Shown here: positions 1 through 9,397 of the stretch, one piece after another
Layout of the letters: each line of letters starts with the position of its first letter
How positions within the stretch are numbered: position 1 is the stretch's first letter
DNA from: Candidatus Pacearchaeota archaeon
GTDB taxonomy: Archaea > Nanobdellota > Nanobdellia > Pacearchaeales > GW2011-AR1
Length of the DNA: 51,234 nt
Reading direction: 5' to 3'
Assembly (NCBI GenBank): GCA_023132255.1
Contig: JAGLYK010000015.1
Location: forward strand, 1-51,234
Notes under the pieces: generated by a model
Database searches by the model: none
Told to the model about the DNA's origin: nothing
Seen by the model: the letters and a program-made list of their open reading frames with translations, nothing else
Translations under genes and position numbers: made by a program

Positions 1-1
1 A

Positions 2-103
2 TACAAGGCAGCGAAAAAAATGCTTCAAATGGCTGGTGTAAAAACAAGGCAGTTTATTCCAAAACATAATCATTTAATTATTGATTTTGACAAGATTAAT
101 TAA
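2..103 (+). CDS. 3' end of an unidentified CDS entering from the window edge (partial)
   Basis: Open frame from the edge to TAA at 101-103 (...IIDFDKIN*). No recognisable motif. Confidence 0.25.
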   Translation, partial: YKAAKKMLQMAGVKTRQFIPKHNHLIIDFDKIN

Positions 104-115
104 TAACTTATTGCA

Positions 116-853
116 CTATCTTATCTTACTTTGCGGGAGATATTTCTCAACTTTTCTTTTTATTTCTTTTAATAATTCAACAGAAGTTTCAGAAAAATCC
201 TCTAATCTTTTATCAATCAACCCCTGTTGTCTTGGAACAAATTTTTGCAAATAATATTTGTGTTGATTTTTTCCAGTTATTTCAACAATTAATTTCCCAA
301 TTTCTTCAACCTCTTCCACATTCATCCATCTTATATTTTTCTCATTAATTATTGGGGAAATTGTGGTTCTAAATTCATAATCAACACCAGATTCAGAAAT
401 GATTTTTATGCTCTCTTTAATTTTATCAATATCAACTTTTACACCAGCAACTTTTGAATATAAATCAGCAGGAGATTTTACATCCATGGCAATATAATCA
501 ATCAACCCGCTGTCAATCAAACTTTTTAATTTTTCAGGAAAACTTCCATTAGTATCGAGTTTCACACTTAATTTTTTTTGTTTTATCTCTCTGATAAATT
601 TTTTTAATTGTTCTAAATCTGAAAGAAGCGGCTCCCCGCCAGTCAAGCAAACTCCTTGAATAAATTTCTTTCTTTTTTCCAACTCATCTAAAATTTCTTT
701 TTCAGTCAAAACCCCGCCCTCATTAAAAACTAAACCCGGATTATGACATGAAGGGCATTTAAAATTACATCCCCCAAAAAAAATCGTAGAGGCAATCTTA
801 TCTGGATAATCTAATAAAGTTATTTCCTGGATTGCTTTTATATTCAAAACCAT
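116..853 (-). CDS. nrdG: anaerobic ribonucleoside-triphosphate reductase activating protein (radical SAM)
   Basis: CNFKCPSCHN (CxxxCxxC radical-SAM cluster motif) near the N-terminus. The 245-aa ORF lies downstream of nrdD in the same operon. Confidence 0.9.
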   Translation of the reverse strand: MVLNIKAIQEITLLDYPDKIASTIFFGGCNFKCPSCHNPGLVFNEGGVLTEKEILDELEKRKKFIQGVCLTGGEPLLSDLEQLKKFIREIKQKKLSVKLDTNGSFPEKLKSLIDSGLIDYIAMDVKSPADLYSKVAGVKVDIDKIKESIKIISESGVDYEFRTTISPIINEKNIRWMNVEEVEEIGKLIVEITGKNQHKYYLQKFVPRQQGLIDKRLEDFSETSVELLKEIKRKVEKYLPQSKIR

Positions 854-855
854 TT

Positions 856-1092
856 TTAACTATTAACCAACTCAATAAATTTTTCATAATCAACATTGCA
901 ATAAAGTTTTCCATTGCAAACAGCAACAGGGGTGTCAAAATCTTCAATTCCCTGCTCTTTCGCCATTTCAATAAGTTCCCGTATATGCTCTTCTAAAATT
1001 TCCTCATCAAAATCTATTTTATTTTCTTTAAGTTTGTCGTAAAGTGCCTCGCATTTATCACAAGTTGGTTTTTTGAATAATTTCACTCTCAT
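856..1092 (-). CDS. glutaredoxin/NrdH-like small thioredoxin-fold protein
   Basis: 78 aa with a CDKC (CxxC) motif at residues 11-14. It sits between nrdD and nrdG and overlaps the nrdD 3' end by 35 nt. Confidence 0.55.
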   Translation of the reverse strand: MRVKLFKKPTCDKCEALYDKLKENKIDFDEEILEEHIRELIEMAKEQGIEDFDTPVAVCNGKLYCNVDYEKFIELVNS

Positions 1093-3214
1093 TTTGATTT
1101 GTTATATTCGAGGTTTTAAATTTTACCCTGTCTTTAAATTCTTCTCTTTTCCCAAGATTCCACTGGTTTATAGGTCTTATATAACCAACAATCCTTGAAT
1201 AAATTTCACAACCAGTTTCTTTCCCCTCAGTTTCACATTTTGGACAAAAAAGATGCTCTCCAAAAATATAACCATGAATCGGGCAAATTGAAAATGTGGG
1301 AGTTATAGTAAAATATGGAAGTTTAAACTTAGCTGAAATCTTCTTTACAAGCAATTTAACCATGTCTTTATCCAGCTTTTCGCCGACAAAAGTATGAAAA
1401 ACAGTCCCTCCAGTATATTTAGTTTGTAAAGAATCCTGATTTTCTAATGCTCTGAATAAATCTATATGAGCATCCACAGGAAGCTGGCTTGAATTTGTAA
1501 AATATGGTTCAGCACCTTGTTTTACTGCTTCCTCGTTGGCAACTATAATATCTTTATATTTTGCTTTGTTGTGTTTTGCAAACCTGTAAGTTGTACCTTC
1601 AGCAGGGGTTGCCTCTAAATTAAATATCTCTCCTGTTTCTTCTTGATATTCCCCCAATCTTTCTCTCATAAAATCTAAAACTCTTGCTGCAAAATCTTTT
1701 CCTCTTTCTGTTAATAAATTTTCTGTTTCAAAAATATTTTGAATTGCCTCGTTCATTCCAAGCAGGCCAATTGTTGAAAAATGATTTTTCCAATATTCAT
1801 TAAAAGCATTTTTAATCGTCCGCAGATAAAATTTTGAATAAGGATATAGCCCTTCTTCTGTAAATCTTTCTAATGCTTTTCTTTTAATTATCAAACTTTC
1901 TTTTGCTAAGTCCATCAAGTCGCCGAGGGTTTTAAAAAATTCTTCTTTATTTTGGCTTTCATATGCTATTTTAGGAAGATTAATAGTCACTACTCCAATT
2001 GAACCTGTAAGAGGATTTGCCCCAAACAAACCTCCCCCTCTTTTTCTTAATTCTGTTTGATTTAATCTCAACCTGCAGCACATGCTCCGTGCATCTTCTG
2101 GCTTCATATCAGAATTTACAAAATTTGAAAAATAAGGAATTCCATATTTTGCAGTCATCTCCCAAATACAATCATACTCAGGATTTTCCCAGTCAAAATC
2201 TTTTGTTATATTATATGTTGGAATAGGAAATGTGAACAACCTTCCTTTTGCATCTCCTTCCATCATCACCTCGGCAAATGCCTTATTAATCATATTCATT
2301 TCTTTTTGAAATTCGCCGTATGTTCTTTCCTGAAACTTTCCCCCAATTATCACTCGTTCTTCTTTCATATATTCTGGGATTTCTAAATCCATGGTTATAT
2401 TTGTGAAAGGAGTCTGGAAACCCACCCTTGTAGGAACTGCCATATTAAAACAAAATTCCTGAAGACATTGTTTAACTTGTTTGTAATCTAAATTATCATA
2501 TCTTACAAAAGGGGCGAGGAGAGTATCAAAATTTGAAAAAGCCTGGGCACCAGCAGTTTCTCCCTGTAATGTATAGAAAAAATTAACCAATTGCCCCAAA
2601 ACAGTTCTAAGATGTTTGGCGGGCTTTGTCTGGACTTTTCCAGGAACTCCTGTGAATCCCTGCACAAGCAAATCTTTTAAATCCCAGCCCACACAATAAG
2701 CTCCTAAAGTTCCCAAGTCATGTATATGAATATCTGTATTTTTATGGGCTCTTCTTATTTTTTCCGGATAAATTCTGTTTAGCCAATAATTTTTGACTAT
2801 TTTTTCTGAAATATAATTGTTTAATCCTTGCAGAGAAAAACCCATATTAGAATTTTCCTTTATTTTCCAGTCTTTTAATCCGACATAATCTTCAACAACC
2901 TGAATTGTATCAAATATTGCTTTTACATCCCTTAAATCCTGATGGCTTTTTCTGTAAAGAATATATGATTTTGCTGTTTTAGCATGTCTTTCTTCTATCA
3001 AAGTTTTTTCAACAATATCCTGAACTTTTTCAACATTGGGAATTCCTTTCCCAAATTCTTTTTCAATCTGCCTTATAACTAATTCTCCTAAATATTCTGC
3101 TCTTTTCTTATCTGTTCCTCCTACTGATTTAACTGCTTTCCAAATCGCAGTAATTATTTTTTCAGGCTCAAAGCCAACAATTTTCCCGTTTCTTTTGCGA
3201 ATTTTTGTGATCAT
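1058..3214 (-). CDS. nrdD: anaerobic ribonucleoside-triphosphate reductase (class III RNR)
   Basis: N-terminal ATP-cone (ITKIRKRNGKIVGFEPEKI). C-terminal Zn site (CPIHG...CPKC) and glycyl-radical motif SRIVGYIRP. 718 aa. Confidence 0.95.
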   Translation of the reverse strand: MITKIRKRNGKIVGFEPEKIITAIWKAVKSVGGTDKKRAEYLGELVIRQIEKEFGKGIPNVEKVQDIVEKTLIEERHAKTAKSYILYRKSHQDLRDVKAIFDTIQVVEDYVGLKDWKIKENSNMGFSLQGLNNYISEKIVKNYWLNRIYPEKIRRAHKNTDIHIHDLGTLGAYCVGWDLKDLLVQGFTGVPGKVQTKPAKHLRTVLGQLVNFFYTLQGETAGAQAFSNFDTLLAPFVRYDNLDYKQVKQCLQEFCFNMAVPTRVGFQTPFTNITMDLEIPEYMKEERVIIGGKFQERTYGEFQKEMNMINKAFAEVMMEGDAKGRLFTFPIPTYNITKDFDWENPEYDCIWEMTAKYGIPYFSNFVNSDMKPEDARSMCCRLRLNQTELRKRGGGLFGANPLTGSIGVVTINLPKIAYESQNKEEFFKTLGDLMDLAKESLIIKRKALERFTEEGLYPYSKFYLRTIKNAFNEYWKNHFSTIGLLGMNEAIQNIFETENLLTERGKDFAARVLDFMRERLGEYQEETGEIFNLEATPAEGTTYRFAKHNKAKYKDIIVANEEAVKQGAEPYFTNSSQLPVDAHIDLFRALENQDSLQTKYTGGTVFHTFVGEKLDKDMVKLLVKKISAKFKLPYFTITPTFSICPIHGYIFGEHLFCPKCETEGKETGCEIYSRIVGYIRPINQWNLGKREEFKDRVKFKTSNITNQNESEIIQKTNL

Positions 3215-3284
3215 TTTTAAAATTTGTAAATGAAAATCTTTGATTTACTTTTTCTTATTTTCTTAATTGTGCTTTCTACCATTT

Positions 3285-3722
3285 TTATAAATTTTTTATC
3301 TCCTGTTTAAAATCTTGAACATCCTGAAAATTTCTATAAACCGATGCAAATCTTATGTATGCAACATTATCTAATTTTTTTATTTTTTTTATTACTAACT
3401 CTCCAATAACTGAACTTTTAATTTCTTTTTTCCCTCTTCGCCTTAGTTGTTTTTCAATTTGGTTTATCATTTTATTAATTTTTTCTTTTGAAACAGCCCG
3501 TTTTTCAAAGGCCTTGTTAATCCCTCTTTCAAGTTTTTCTCTGCTGAATTTTTCTCTGCTTTTATCTTTTTTAATTACATGTAAATCGCTTTTTTCTATT
3601 TTTTCATAAGTTGTAAATCTTTTTTTGCACTTTAAGCACTCTCTTCTTCTCCTTATACCTTCAGGAGATTTTCTTTTATCAGTTACTTTTAATGCTGTGT
3701 TTAAGCAGTATGGGCAGTTCAT
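3285..3722 (-). CDS. nrdR: transcriptional repressor NrdR (zinc ribbon + ATP-cone)
   Basis: MNCPYC...CLKC zinc ribbon followed by an ATP-cone. 145 aa, directly upstream of nrdD. Confidence 0.88.
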   Translation of the reverse strand: MNCPYCLNTALKVTDKRKSPEGIRRRRECLKCKKRFTTYEKIEKSDLHVIKKDKSREKFSREKLERGINKAFEKRAVSKEKINKMINQIEKQLRRRGKKEIKSSVIGELVIKKIKKLDNVAYIRFASVYRNFQDVQDFKQEIKNL

Positions 3723-3761
3723 TTTAGATGGTTATCAGGCGTAATTTTTTGTGAATAAGAC

Positions 3762-3783
3762 AATATACAATATTTTGTATATT
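3762..3783. promoter_or_regulatory. NrdR-box-like palindrome upstream of nrdR
   Basis: AATATACAA-tatt-TTGTATATT is a perfect 9-bp inverted repeat. The central 16-mer ATACAATATTTTGTAT matches the known NrdR-box consensus acaCwAtATaTwGtgt at 13/16 by eye. It lies 40 nt upstream of the nrdR ATG. Confidence 0.45.
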
Positions 3784-3867
3784 AATCCCTCTTTACTACT
3801 ATAACTTGTATAAGCAAGAAAACTAAATATAATTAGTATTTAAACATTTAGAACTATTTTGAAGTAA

Positions 3868-4812
3868 CTATTTCATTAATTCACATTTTTTGCAAACATT
3901 TTTCCTTGAAGGCTCACCGCAAATTTTGCAATATTTAATTTTAATCTTATTTTCTTCGCTTTTTTTATCTTTCACAAAAATTTTCTCAAAATTATTCAAA
4001 ATATTTTTCTTGTCTTTTTCAGACAAGGTATTTACAAAATCTCTTACTTCCCCCCTGTATGATTCTTGAGAATATTTACATTTTCCTTCAATAAAAGGTA
4101 TTTTTTTTTGAATGGCGTATTTTTTAACATCTTCTTCAAAAACATAAAATAAAGGTTTTATTCTTGGAACAAATTTCTTGTCAGAAATGTTTTTTGTAAC
4201 AGGTCCAGAACTAAAACTCATCTTCGGACTTCCTTTCAAAACATTCATCAGACAAGTCTGAGCTTGGTCGTCTAAATTATGTCCTGTTGCAATTTTATCT
4301 GCTTTTAATTTTCTTGCTGTTTTATTTAAAATCCATTTTTTAAAAACCCCGCAAACCGCACAATTATTCAATCTTTTCTTTTTTATCTTTTTCCAAACAT
4401 CTTGCATTGTTTTCCCTTGCTCTTTCTTCATATCATAAACATGCAACTTTATTCCCAGCTCCTCACAAAGTTTTTTCACCGCCCCCAGGCATTTTTTACT
4501 ATACTCGCTAATCCCCAAATCAATATACAATCCTTCAATATTATACCCAAACTTCTTCAATAAAAAAGCCGTGACAGCAGAATCTTTTCCTCCAGAAAGT
4601 GCTACTAAAATTTTTTCTTTTTTGCCCTTTGTGTTTATATCCCTTCTCACAGAGGGTACCTCGTTAGAGGTTCTCGTGCCGGGAACAAAGTGAGGCGGTA
4701 CACCCTTGGGTGTGGAAAGTTTGATTTTCTTTAATGTTTGTTTAACTTGGCTTTCTACAGACGAGTTAGCTAAAATCTTTGATTTTTGTCTGACTTGTGT
4801 TTCGAGTTCCAT
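3868..4812 (-). CDS. PP-loop ATPase, tRNA 2-thiolation family (TtuA/NcsA/TtcA-like)
   Basis: SGGKDS PP-loop, GHNLDDQAQT motif, C-terminal CKICG...CKKC zinc finger. The N-terminal part carries a repeat-derived insertion. Confidence 0.8.
   Translation of the reverse strand: MELETQVRQKSKILANSSVESQVKQTLKKIKLSTPKGVPPHFVPGTRTSNEVPSVRRDINTKGKKEKILVALSGGKDSAVTAFLLKKFGYNIEGLYIDLGISEYSKKCLGAVKKLCEELGIKLHVYDMKKEQGKTMQDVWKKIKKKRLNNCAVCGVFKKWILNKTARKLKADKIATGHNLDDQAQTCLMNVLKGSPKMSFSSGPVTKNISDKKFVPRIKPLFYVFEEDVKKYAIQKKIPFIEGKCKYSQESYRGEVRDFVNTLSEKDKKNILNNFEKIFVKDKKSEENKIKIKYCKICGEPSRKNVCKKCELMK
4641..4715 (-). repeat. 75-nt GC-rich repeat module inserted in frame in the TtuA-like CDS
   Basis: Encodes TPKGVPPHFVPGTRTSNEVPSVRRD between the KKIKL helix and the KILVALSGGKDS PP-loop. 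Contains the GGTGTACC core (4697-4704) and imperfect inverted termini GAGGCGGTACACCC / GGGTACCTC. The ACCTCTAACGAGG hairpin is shared with 39682-39694. Confidence 0.75.
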
Positions 4813-4878
4813 TAACAGGATAATAAGAAAGAGTTTTAATATCTTTTTAATAAATATATCTTGCCGCCAAAATAATTA

Positions 4879-5508
4879 TTAATTTGAAATTTTCTTAGAC
4901 AACCAACTTTTTATTACCCACCAAACTGCAAAAATTATAAAAGCAATTTCAAAGAAAACAATCTGATAATAAAAAGGCACTTTCCCAAGATATGCAATCA
5001 CAAATGCAAAAGGAGTTATTCCTATAATAGTTGCTAATAAATAATTTTTTAATTTTATTTTTGTAAAAATTCCAAGTGCATAACTCAATACATCTACAGG
5101 AAGAATTATTCTAAATAATACAACACTCCAGAATAAATGTTCTTGAGGTATTTTCTTTTCAAGATTATGTATTTTTTCTAAAGAAATAAATCTTTTAATA
5201 ATTTTATACCCATATTTTCTTCCAAGAATAAATGCAATCCACGCGCCAATTGTCCATGAAAATATGTTTATGAGCCCGGTAAAAAACCATCCCCATAAAT
5301 TTGAGGCAACTGCGATTAAAGGAAGAGTTGTAACCGGAGCAATAACAATTGAAATTATTTCTATAAATATAAAAACAATTATGCCCGCAAAATCATTAAC
5401 AACCAGATTCTCAAAATAATCCAGATTCGTCTGCACGACATATGAAGCCCAGATAAATAAAACTATAACAATAATTATTTCTATTAATCCTTTTATTTTT
5501 TTATTCAT
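4879..5508 (-). CDS. TVP38/TMEM64 (DedA-related, VTT domain) membrane protein
   Basis: Multi-pass membrane protein with a motif around WGWFFTGLINIFSWTIGAWIAFILGRKYG typical of the family. Confidence 0.65.
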   Translation of the reverse strand: MNKKIKGLIEIIIVIVLFIWASYVVQTNLDYFENLVVNDFAGIIVFIFIEIISIVIAPVTTLPLIAVASNLWGWFFTGLINIFSWTIGAWIAFILGRKYGYKIIKRFISLEKIHNLEKKIPQEHLFWSVVLFRIILPVDVLSYALGIFTKIKLKNYLLATIIGITPFAFVIAYLGKVPFYYQIVFFEIAFIIFAVWWVIKSWLSKKISN

Positions 5509-5540
5509 AATTTATCAAGCAAAAAAGAGTATTTAATATA

Positions 5541-7169
5541 TTACTTAGATTTCTTTTTCTTCTTAACAACCTGAAATCCTTCCCAGCTAATTATCAAAGC
5601 AAGAACAACCAATGCTCCGGCAAATATGCTTAACACCCAATTCCCCTCAACAATAAAACCTGTCTTGCTAAACAAACTATAAAATAAAGCAGAAATCGTT
5701 GTCAGCATCATAAAGATTGTAGGAATTATCAAAAACTTAATGTTTCTTTTTTTCTGCACAAAATACGCACTGATTGTTATCAATACAATAGCAACAATTA
5801 ACTGATTAGATGTTCCAAACATTCTCCATAAATCTGCATAAGCATTTGTCACAGCAAGAATATAAGCAGGAACAATCGCAATAATTACTGCAACTATTTT
5901 ATTCTGGAAGATTTTATGTTTAATGTTTTCTGAAATCAACATCCTGCTGATTCTGCTTGAAGTGTCAAGTGAAGTAAGAATAAACTGGTTTACTAAAAAT
6001 GCTCCAATTAAGCTGGCTAAGCCAAAAGATAAAAATGGCACGCCAATTTTAGAGACAATACTTCCAAACCCGTTGCCAAATGCAATTACCCATCCCTGGT
6101 CAAGCGAACCTAAAAAATTCAGATGGCCAGTATCCCAATTTAAACTTGCAACAAACAACACAACCAAAAGTGCTAAAATACCCTCGGCAATCATCCCCCC
6201 ATAACCAATAAACTTTCCATGCTGTTCTTTTGCTAATTGCTTTGAAGTTGTGCCAGAGGCGACTAAGGAATGAAATCCTGAAGCTGCACCACAGGCTACT
6301 GTAATAAAAAGTATGGGCCACAACGGCAAATTACCTGCCACATACACTGGAGCATTAATCACAGGACGCACAATTAAAAGCGAAACAAATCCAAGCAGCA
6401 TAAACAAAATTAACTGAATTGATGAAAGGTAATCACGAGGTTGCAAAAACATCCAGACAGGAATCAGTGAAGCAAGCCCTCCGTAAGCAATAAGAATTGT
6501 TATCCAGACAAATTTAGAAACAGCTTCTGAAAAAGGAAGCGAGATTGGAAAAAGATACCCTATATACATAAAAAAGAACGCCACAGCAAGAGCAGCAAGA
6601 CTTGAAATCAAGGGGTTTGCCTTAAACTTGTAAACCGCTATCCCTAAAATAAACGCAATAACACTGATTGCCAAAACAGGAATAACCAGCATGGGCTGGG
6701 CAATAATGCTGTCTGCAGCAGAAACAGAAAACACCGCAATAATCAGTGTAAGAAGTATCCAAATCATAAGAGCGAAAATCTTCCCTGCCTTGCTGCCAAG
6801 TGACTTTTCAGTGATCTTGGAAATTCCTTTTGCCTTGTTTCTGACAGAAATCATCAAAGACAAATAATCATGAACAGCCCCGATAAAAATCGTCCCAATA
6901 ATAATCCACAAACTTGTCAAAGCCCATCCAAAATAACTCACAGCGAGGATAGGACCAATAATCGGACCTGCACCTGCAATCGACGCAAAATGATGCCCAA
7001 AAAGAAAAAACTTGTTAGAAGGATAATAATCTATTTTCCCCTTATTCAAAACCGCAGGAGTTTTTTTATTAGTCGGCTTAATCTTTTTCTCAATATATTT
7101 TCCATAAAGAAAATAATTTCCAATAAGAAATAAAATTCCCACAACTGCAATTAATGCTGCGTTTACCAT
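5541..7169 (-). CDS. cstA: carbon starvation protein CstA family transporter
   Basis: 542-aa polytopic protein with the HHFASIAGAGPIIGPILA signature of CstA. Confidence 0.85.
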   Translation of the reverse strand: MVNAALIAVVGILFLIGNYFLYGKYIEKKIKPTNKKTPAVLNKGKIDYYPSNKFFLFGHHFASIAGAGPIIGPILAVSYFGWALTSLWIIIGTIFIGAVHDYLSLMISVRNKAKGISKITEKSLGSKAGKIFALMIWILLTLIIAVFSVSAADSIIAQPMLVIPVLAISVIAFILGIAVYKFKANPLISSLAALAVAFFFMYIGYLFPISLPFSEAVSKFVWITILIAYGGLASLIPVWMFLQPRDYLSSIQLILFMLLGFVSLLIVRPVINAPVYVAGNLPLWPILFITVACGAASGFHSLVASGTTSKQLAKEQHGKFIGYGGMIAEGILALLVVLFVASLNWDTGHLNFLGSLDQGWVIAFGNGFGSIVSKIGVPFLSFGLASLIGAFLVNQFILTSLDTSSRISRMLISENIKHKIFQNKIVAVIIAIVPAYILAVTNAYADLWRMFGTSNQLIVAIVLITISAYFVQKKRNIKFLIIPTIFMMLTTISALFYSLFSKTGFIVEGNWVLSIFAGALVVLALIISWEGFQVVKKKKKSK

Positions 7170-7181
7170 CTTCTTTTATTA

Positions 7182-7252
7182 TGGGCACGAAGGGAATTGA
7201 ACCCTTTTCTCGCGGGCTGGAGCCGCGTATAATACCAGTATACTACGCACCC
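7182..7252 (-). tRNA. tRNA-Trp (CCA)
   Basis: Hand-folded cloverleaf. Acceptor GGGTGCG/CGTGCCC, anticodon arm CGCGG-CTCCAGC-CCGCG, T arm AAGGG-TTCAATT-CCCTT, discriminator A. No encoded CCA. Confidence 0.85.
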
Positions 7253-7369
7253 TTCAAATAACAAGAAATATTTACTTTTAATAGCTTTCTAATTGTGTTG
7301 ATTTTTATCCTTTTTATAATATTAACCACCAATTCAAAACCCTCAATGTAGAAATATTCACTATAACTT

Positions 7370-7783
7370 CTATCTAAACAAAACAGATACTTCCTTGTGT
7401 TCTTTGTCAAGATATTTCTCCCAAGATTTTAACTCTTGATTTTGTTCTTTTTGAGTGTAATTAATTCCATAGATGAAATTAGAATATGCATTTAATTTAT
7501 TCTGAAGAAAAAGTTCATTATTTGATGATTCTCTAAACTTATTAATTAAACTGACAACATTATTTATTATGCTTTTCCCATCTTCAGGGATATGTTTAGA
7601 ATATTCTACATTTATAGGGTTATCATAGCGATCACGTCTTCCTACAAAAGTTCCCAATTGAAACTCCATCTCTCTAATTAATTCATCAAGAGAGCTGTTT
7701 TTAAGATTATATCTTCCTTGCTCCTTTACAAAGTATCCTTTTGAACTATGTCCGATAAATATTCTTCTTTTGTTTTTTGTCAT
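7370..7783 (-). CDS. hypothetical protein
   Basis: 137-aa ORF, divergent from the TrmB-like regulator. No recognisable motif. Confidence 0.45.
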   Translation of the reverse strand: MTKNKRRIFIGHSSKGYFVKEQGRYNLKNSSLDELIREMEFQLGTFVGRRDRYDNPINVEYSKHIPEDGKSIINNVVSLINKFRESSNNELFLQNKLNAYSNFIYGINYTQKEQNQELKSWEKYLDKEHKEVSVLFR

Positions 7784-7901
7784 TTTTATTTAATTTGTTT
7801 TTATTTTATAGTAGTTATCTAAAATAGTGATATATAAATTTATGTTGTACATATTAAGTACAATTAGAAAAGAATTTAAACAGCAAAATTATATAATAAG
7901 T

Positions 7902-8633
7902 ATGATTAAAACACAATTATTAAGGAAATTAGGATTTACTAATAACGAAATTGAAATTTATTTTATCTTATTAAAACTAAAAGAAAGTTTAGCGTCAAAA
8001 ATTTCTGAAGAAACACAAATCTCCAGACCCCATGTTTATGATTCCTTGAATAAACTTATGAATAAAGGACTGGCGTCTTATATAATAAAAAATAACAAGA
8101 AACATTTTAGAGCTACCAACCCTGAAAAATTATTAGATTATATTAAAGAAAAAGAAGCTGAACTAAAACAAAATGAGAAATCTATTAGAAAAATTTTGCC
8201 TGAACTGAATTCTCTTTACAAACCTTTAAAGGAAAAACCCATCGTGGAAGTGTATGAAGGGAGCGAGGGGATAAAGACAATATTGTTTGATATAATTAAA
8301 GTTAGAAAAGAAATGATATCTTTTAATACTCTCGGTAAAGAATTTTTTGAGCATATCCCCGAACATGTTATAAAAAGATATATTAATGAAAGAAAAAATA
8401 AAAAAATAAAATCAAGACAATTTTATACAGACGGAACAAAAATCTTTAAACATTCTATGGTCAAATATAAAAAATTACCTACAGAGTCTAGTCAAGTAAC
8501 TCTTTCTGTATATGGAGATAATGTTGTTATGTTTGTTTTGAGTGAGCCAATCTTAGCAATCAAAATAAAAGATAAAAATGTAGCAAAATTATACAAAAAT
8601 CAATTTGAGATTATGTGGAAACTGATAAAATAA
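7902..8633 (+). CDS. TrmB-family winged-helix transcriptional regulator
   Basis: The N-terminal HTH (LGFTNNEIEIYFILLKLKESLASKISEETQISRPHVYDSLNKLMNKGL) is TrmB-like. The ORF is open from 7827, but the ATG at 7902 gives the typical N-terminus. Confidence 0.7.
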   Translation: MIKTQLLRKLGFTNNEIEIYFILLKLKESLASKISEETQISRPHVYDSLNKLMNKGLASYIIKNNKKHFRATNPEKLLDYIKEKEAELKQNEKSIRKILPELNSLYKPLKEKPIVEVYEGSEGIKTILFDIIKVRKEMISFNTLGKEFFEHIPEHVIKRYINERKNKKIKSRQFYTDGTKIFKHSMVKYKKLPTESSQVTLSVYGDNVVMFVLSEPILAIKIKDKNVAKLYKNQFEIMWKLIK

Positions 8634-8692
8634 TTTTCAGATTAAATTAACCAATTTCTTTAAACCAACCATAAATTCATAATGTAATTTTT

Positions 8693-9397
8693 TCATCCCA
8701 ACTTCTTAATATCCTTTATTTCTTCATTACTAATTGAACAACCTTTAAATTTAACAGCCCAAAGCAATGCATCTAATAATTTTCCGTCGCCCATTCTCAC
8801 AAGTTTTTTCTTGTATGCAATATAAACCAATTCAGCAGACCGAATTATCTTGAACTTTTTAAAAAACTCAAAATTGTTGCCCCGTTCTTTTTGCATTTGG
8901 GGTACACCTGGCGGTGATTTTTTAGAAATTATCTTGGTGTGCATTTTCTTCTCTAAAAAACTTCCTAATTTCTCAGGACTCTCAACAAGCATCCGTGTTG
9001 TCCTCTCATCAATCGCCACAACATTCAAAATATTTTTTTCAGAAAGAATTTCACTCAACGCCAAACAGGAAATTTCCCCTGCACTAACTAATTTAATATC
9101 CTTGCCTTTTCCCTCAAACATACTATTCGCAATATTTAAAATTTCTTTTGTGTTTTTTTGAATTCCTTCCACATTTGCTATCTCAAGAACCCCTTCATCT
9201 AAAAGATGCTGAATCTTCAACGCCTCCAACTTAAACCGAGTTATTGTCATTGGTATGTCAACAACCTCTCTTTTCACATCCTGCGTAATCAAAAAACTTC
9301 CATTAAAAACTTTTTTCAAATCTCGCAAAATATCCAAAATCCCATTCATAGCAAAACTAATCAAAGTGCTTGAGTCAAAGATTATTGCACGGTTCAT
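8693..9397 (-). CDS. PIN-domain-like protein
   Basis: The N-terminus (AIIFDSSTLISF...ITQDVKREV) resembles a PIN-fold nuclease. Contains the in-frame SPPGVPQMQ module. Confidence 0.5.
   Translation of the reverse strand: MNRAIIFDSSTLISFAMNGILDILRDLKKVFNGSFLITQDVKREVVDIPMTITRFKLEALKIQHLLDEGVLEIANVEGIQKNTKEILNIANSMFEGKGKDIKLVSAGEISCLALSEILSEKNILNVVAIDERTTRMLVESPEKLGSFLEKKMHTKIISKKSPPGVPQMQKERGNNFEFFKKFKIIRSAELVYIAYKKKLVRMGDGKLLDALLWAVKFKGCSISNEEIKDIKKLG
8881..8917 (-). repeat. GGTGTACC-core repeat module in frame (PPGVPQ)
   Basis: Coding strand reads CACCGCCAGGTGTACCCCAAATG. Related to the tail AACCGCCAGGTTCTTTTG of the ScpA copy and AACCGCGAGGTGTCTTTTG of the L10e copy. Confidence 0.65.
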
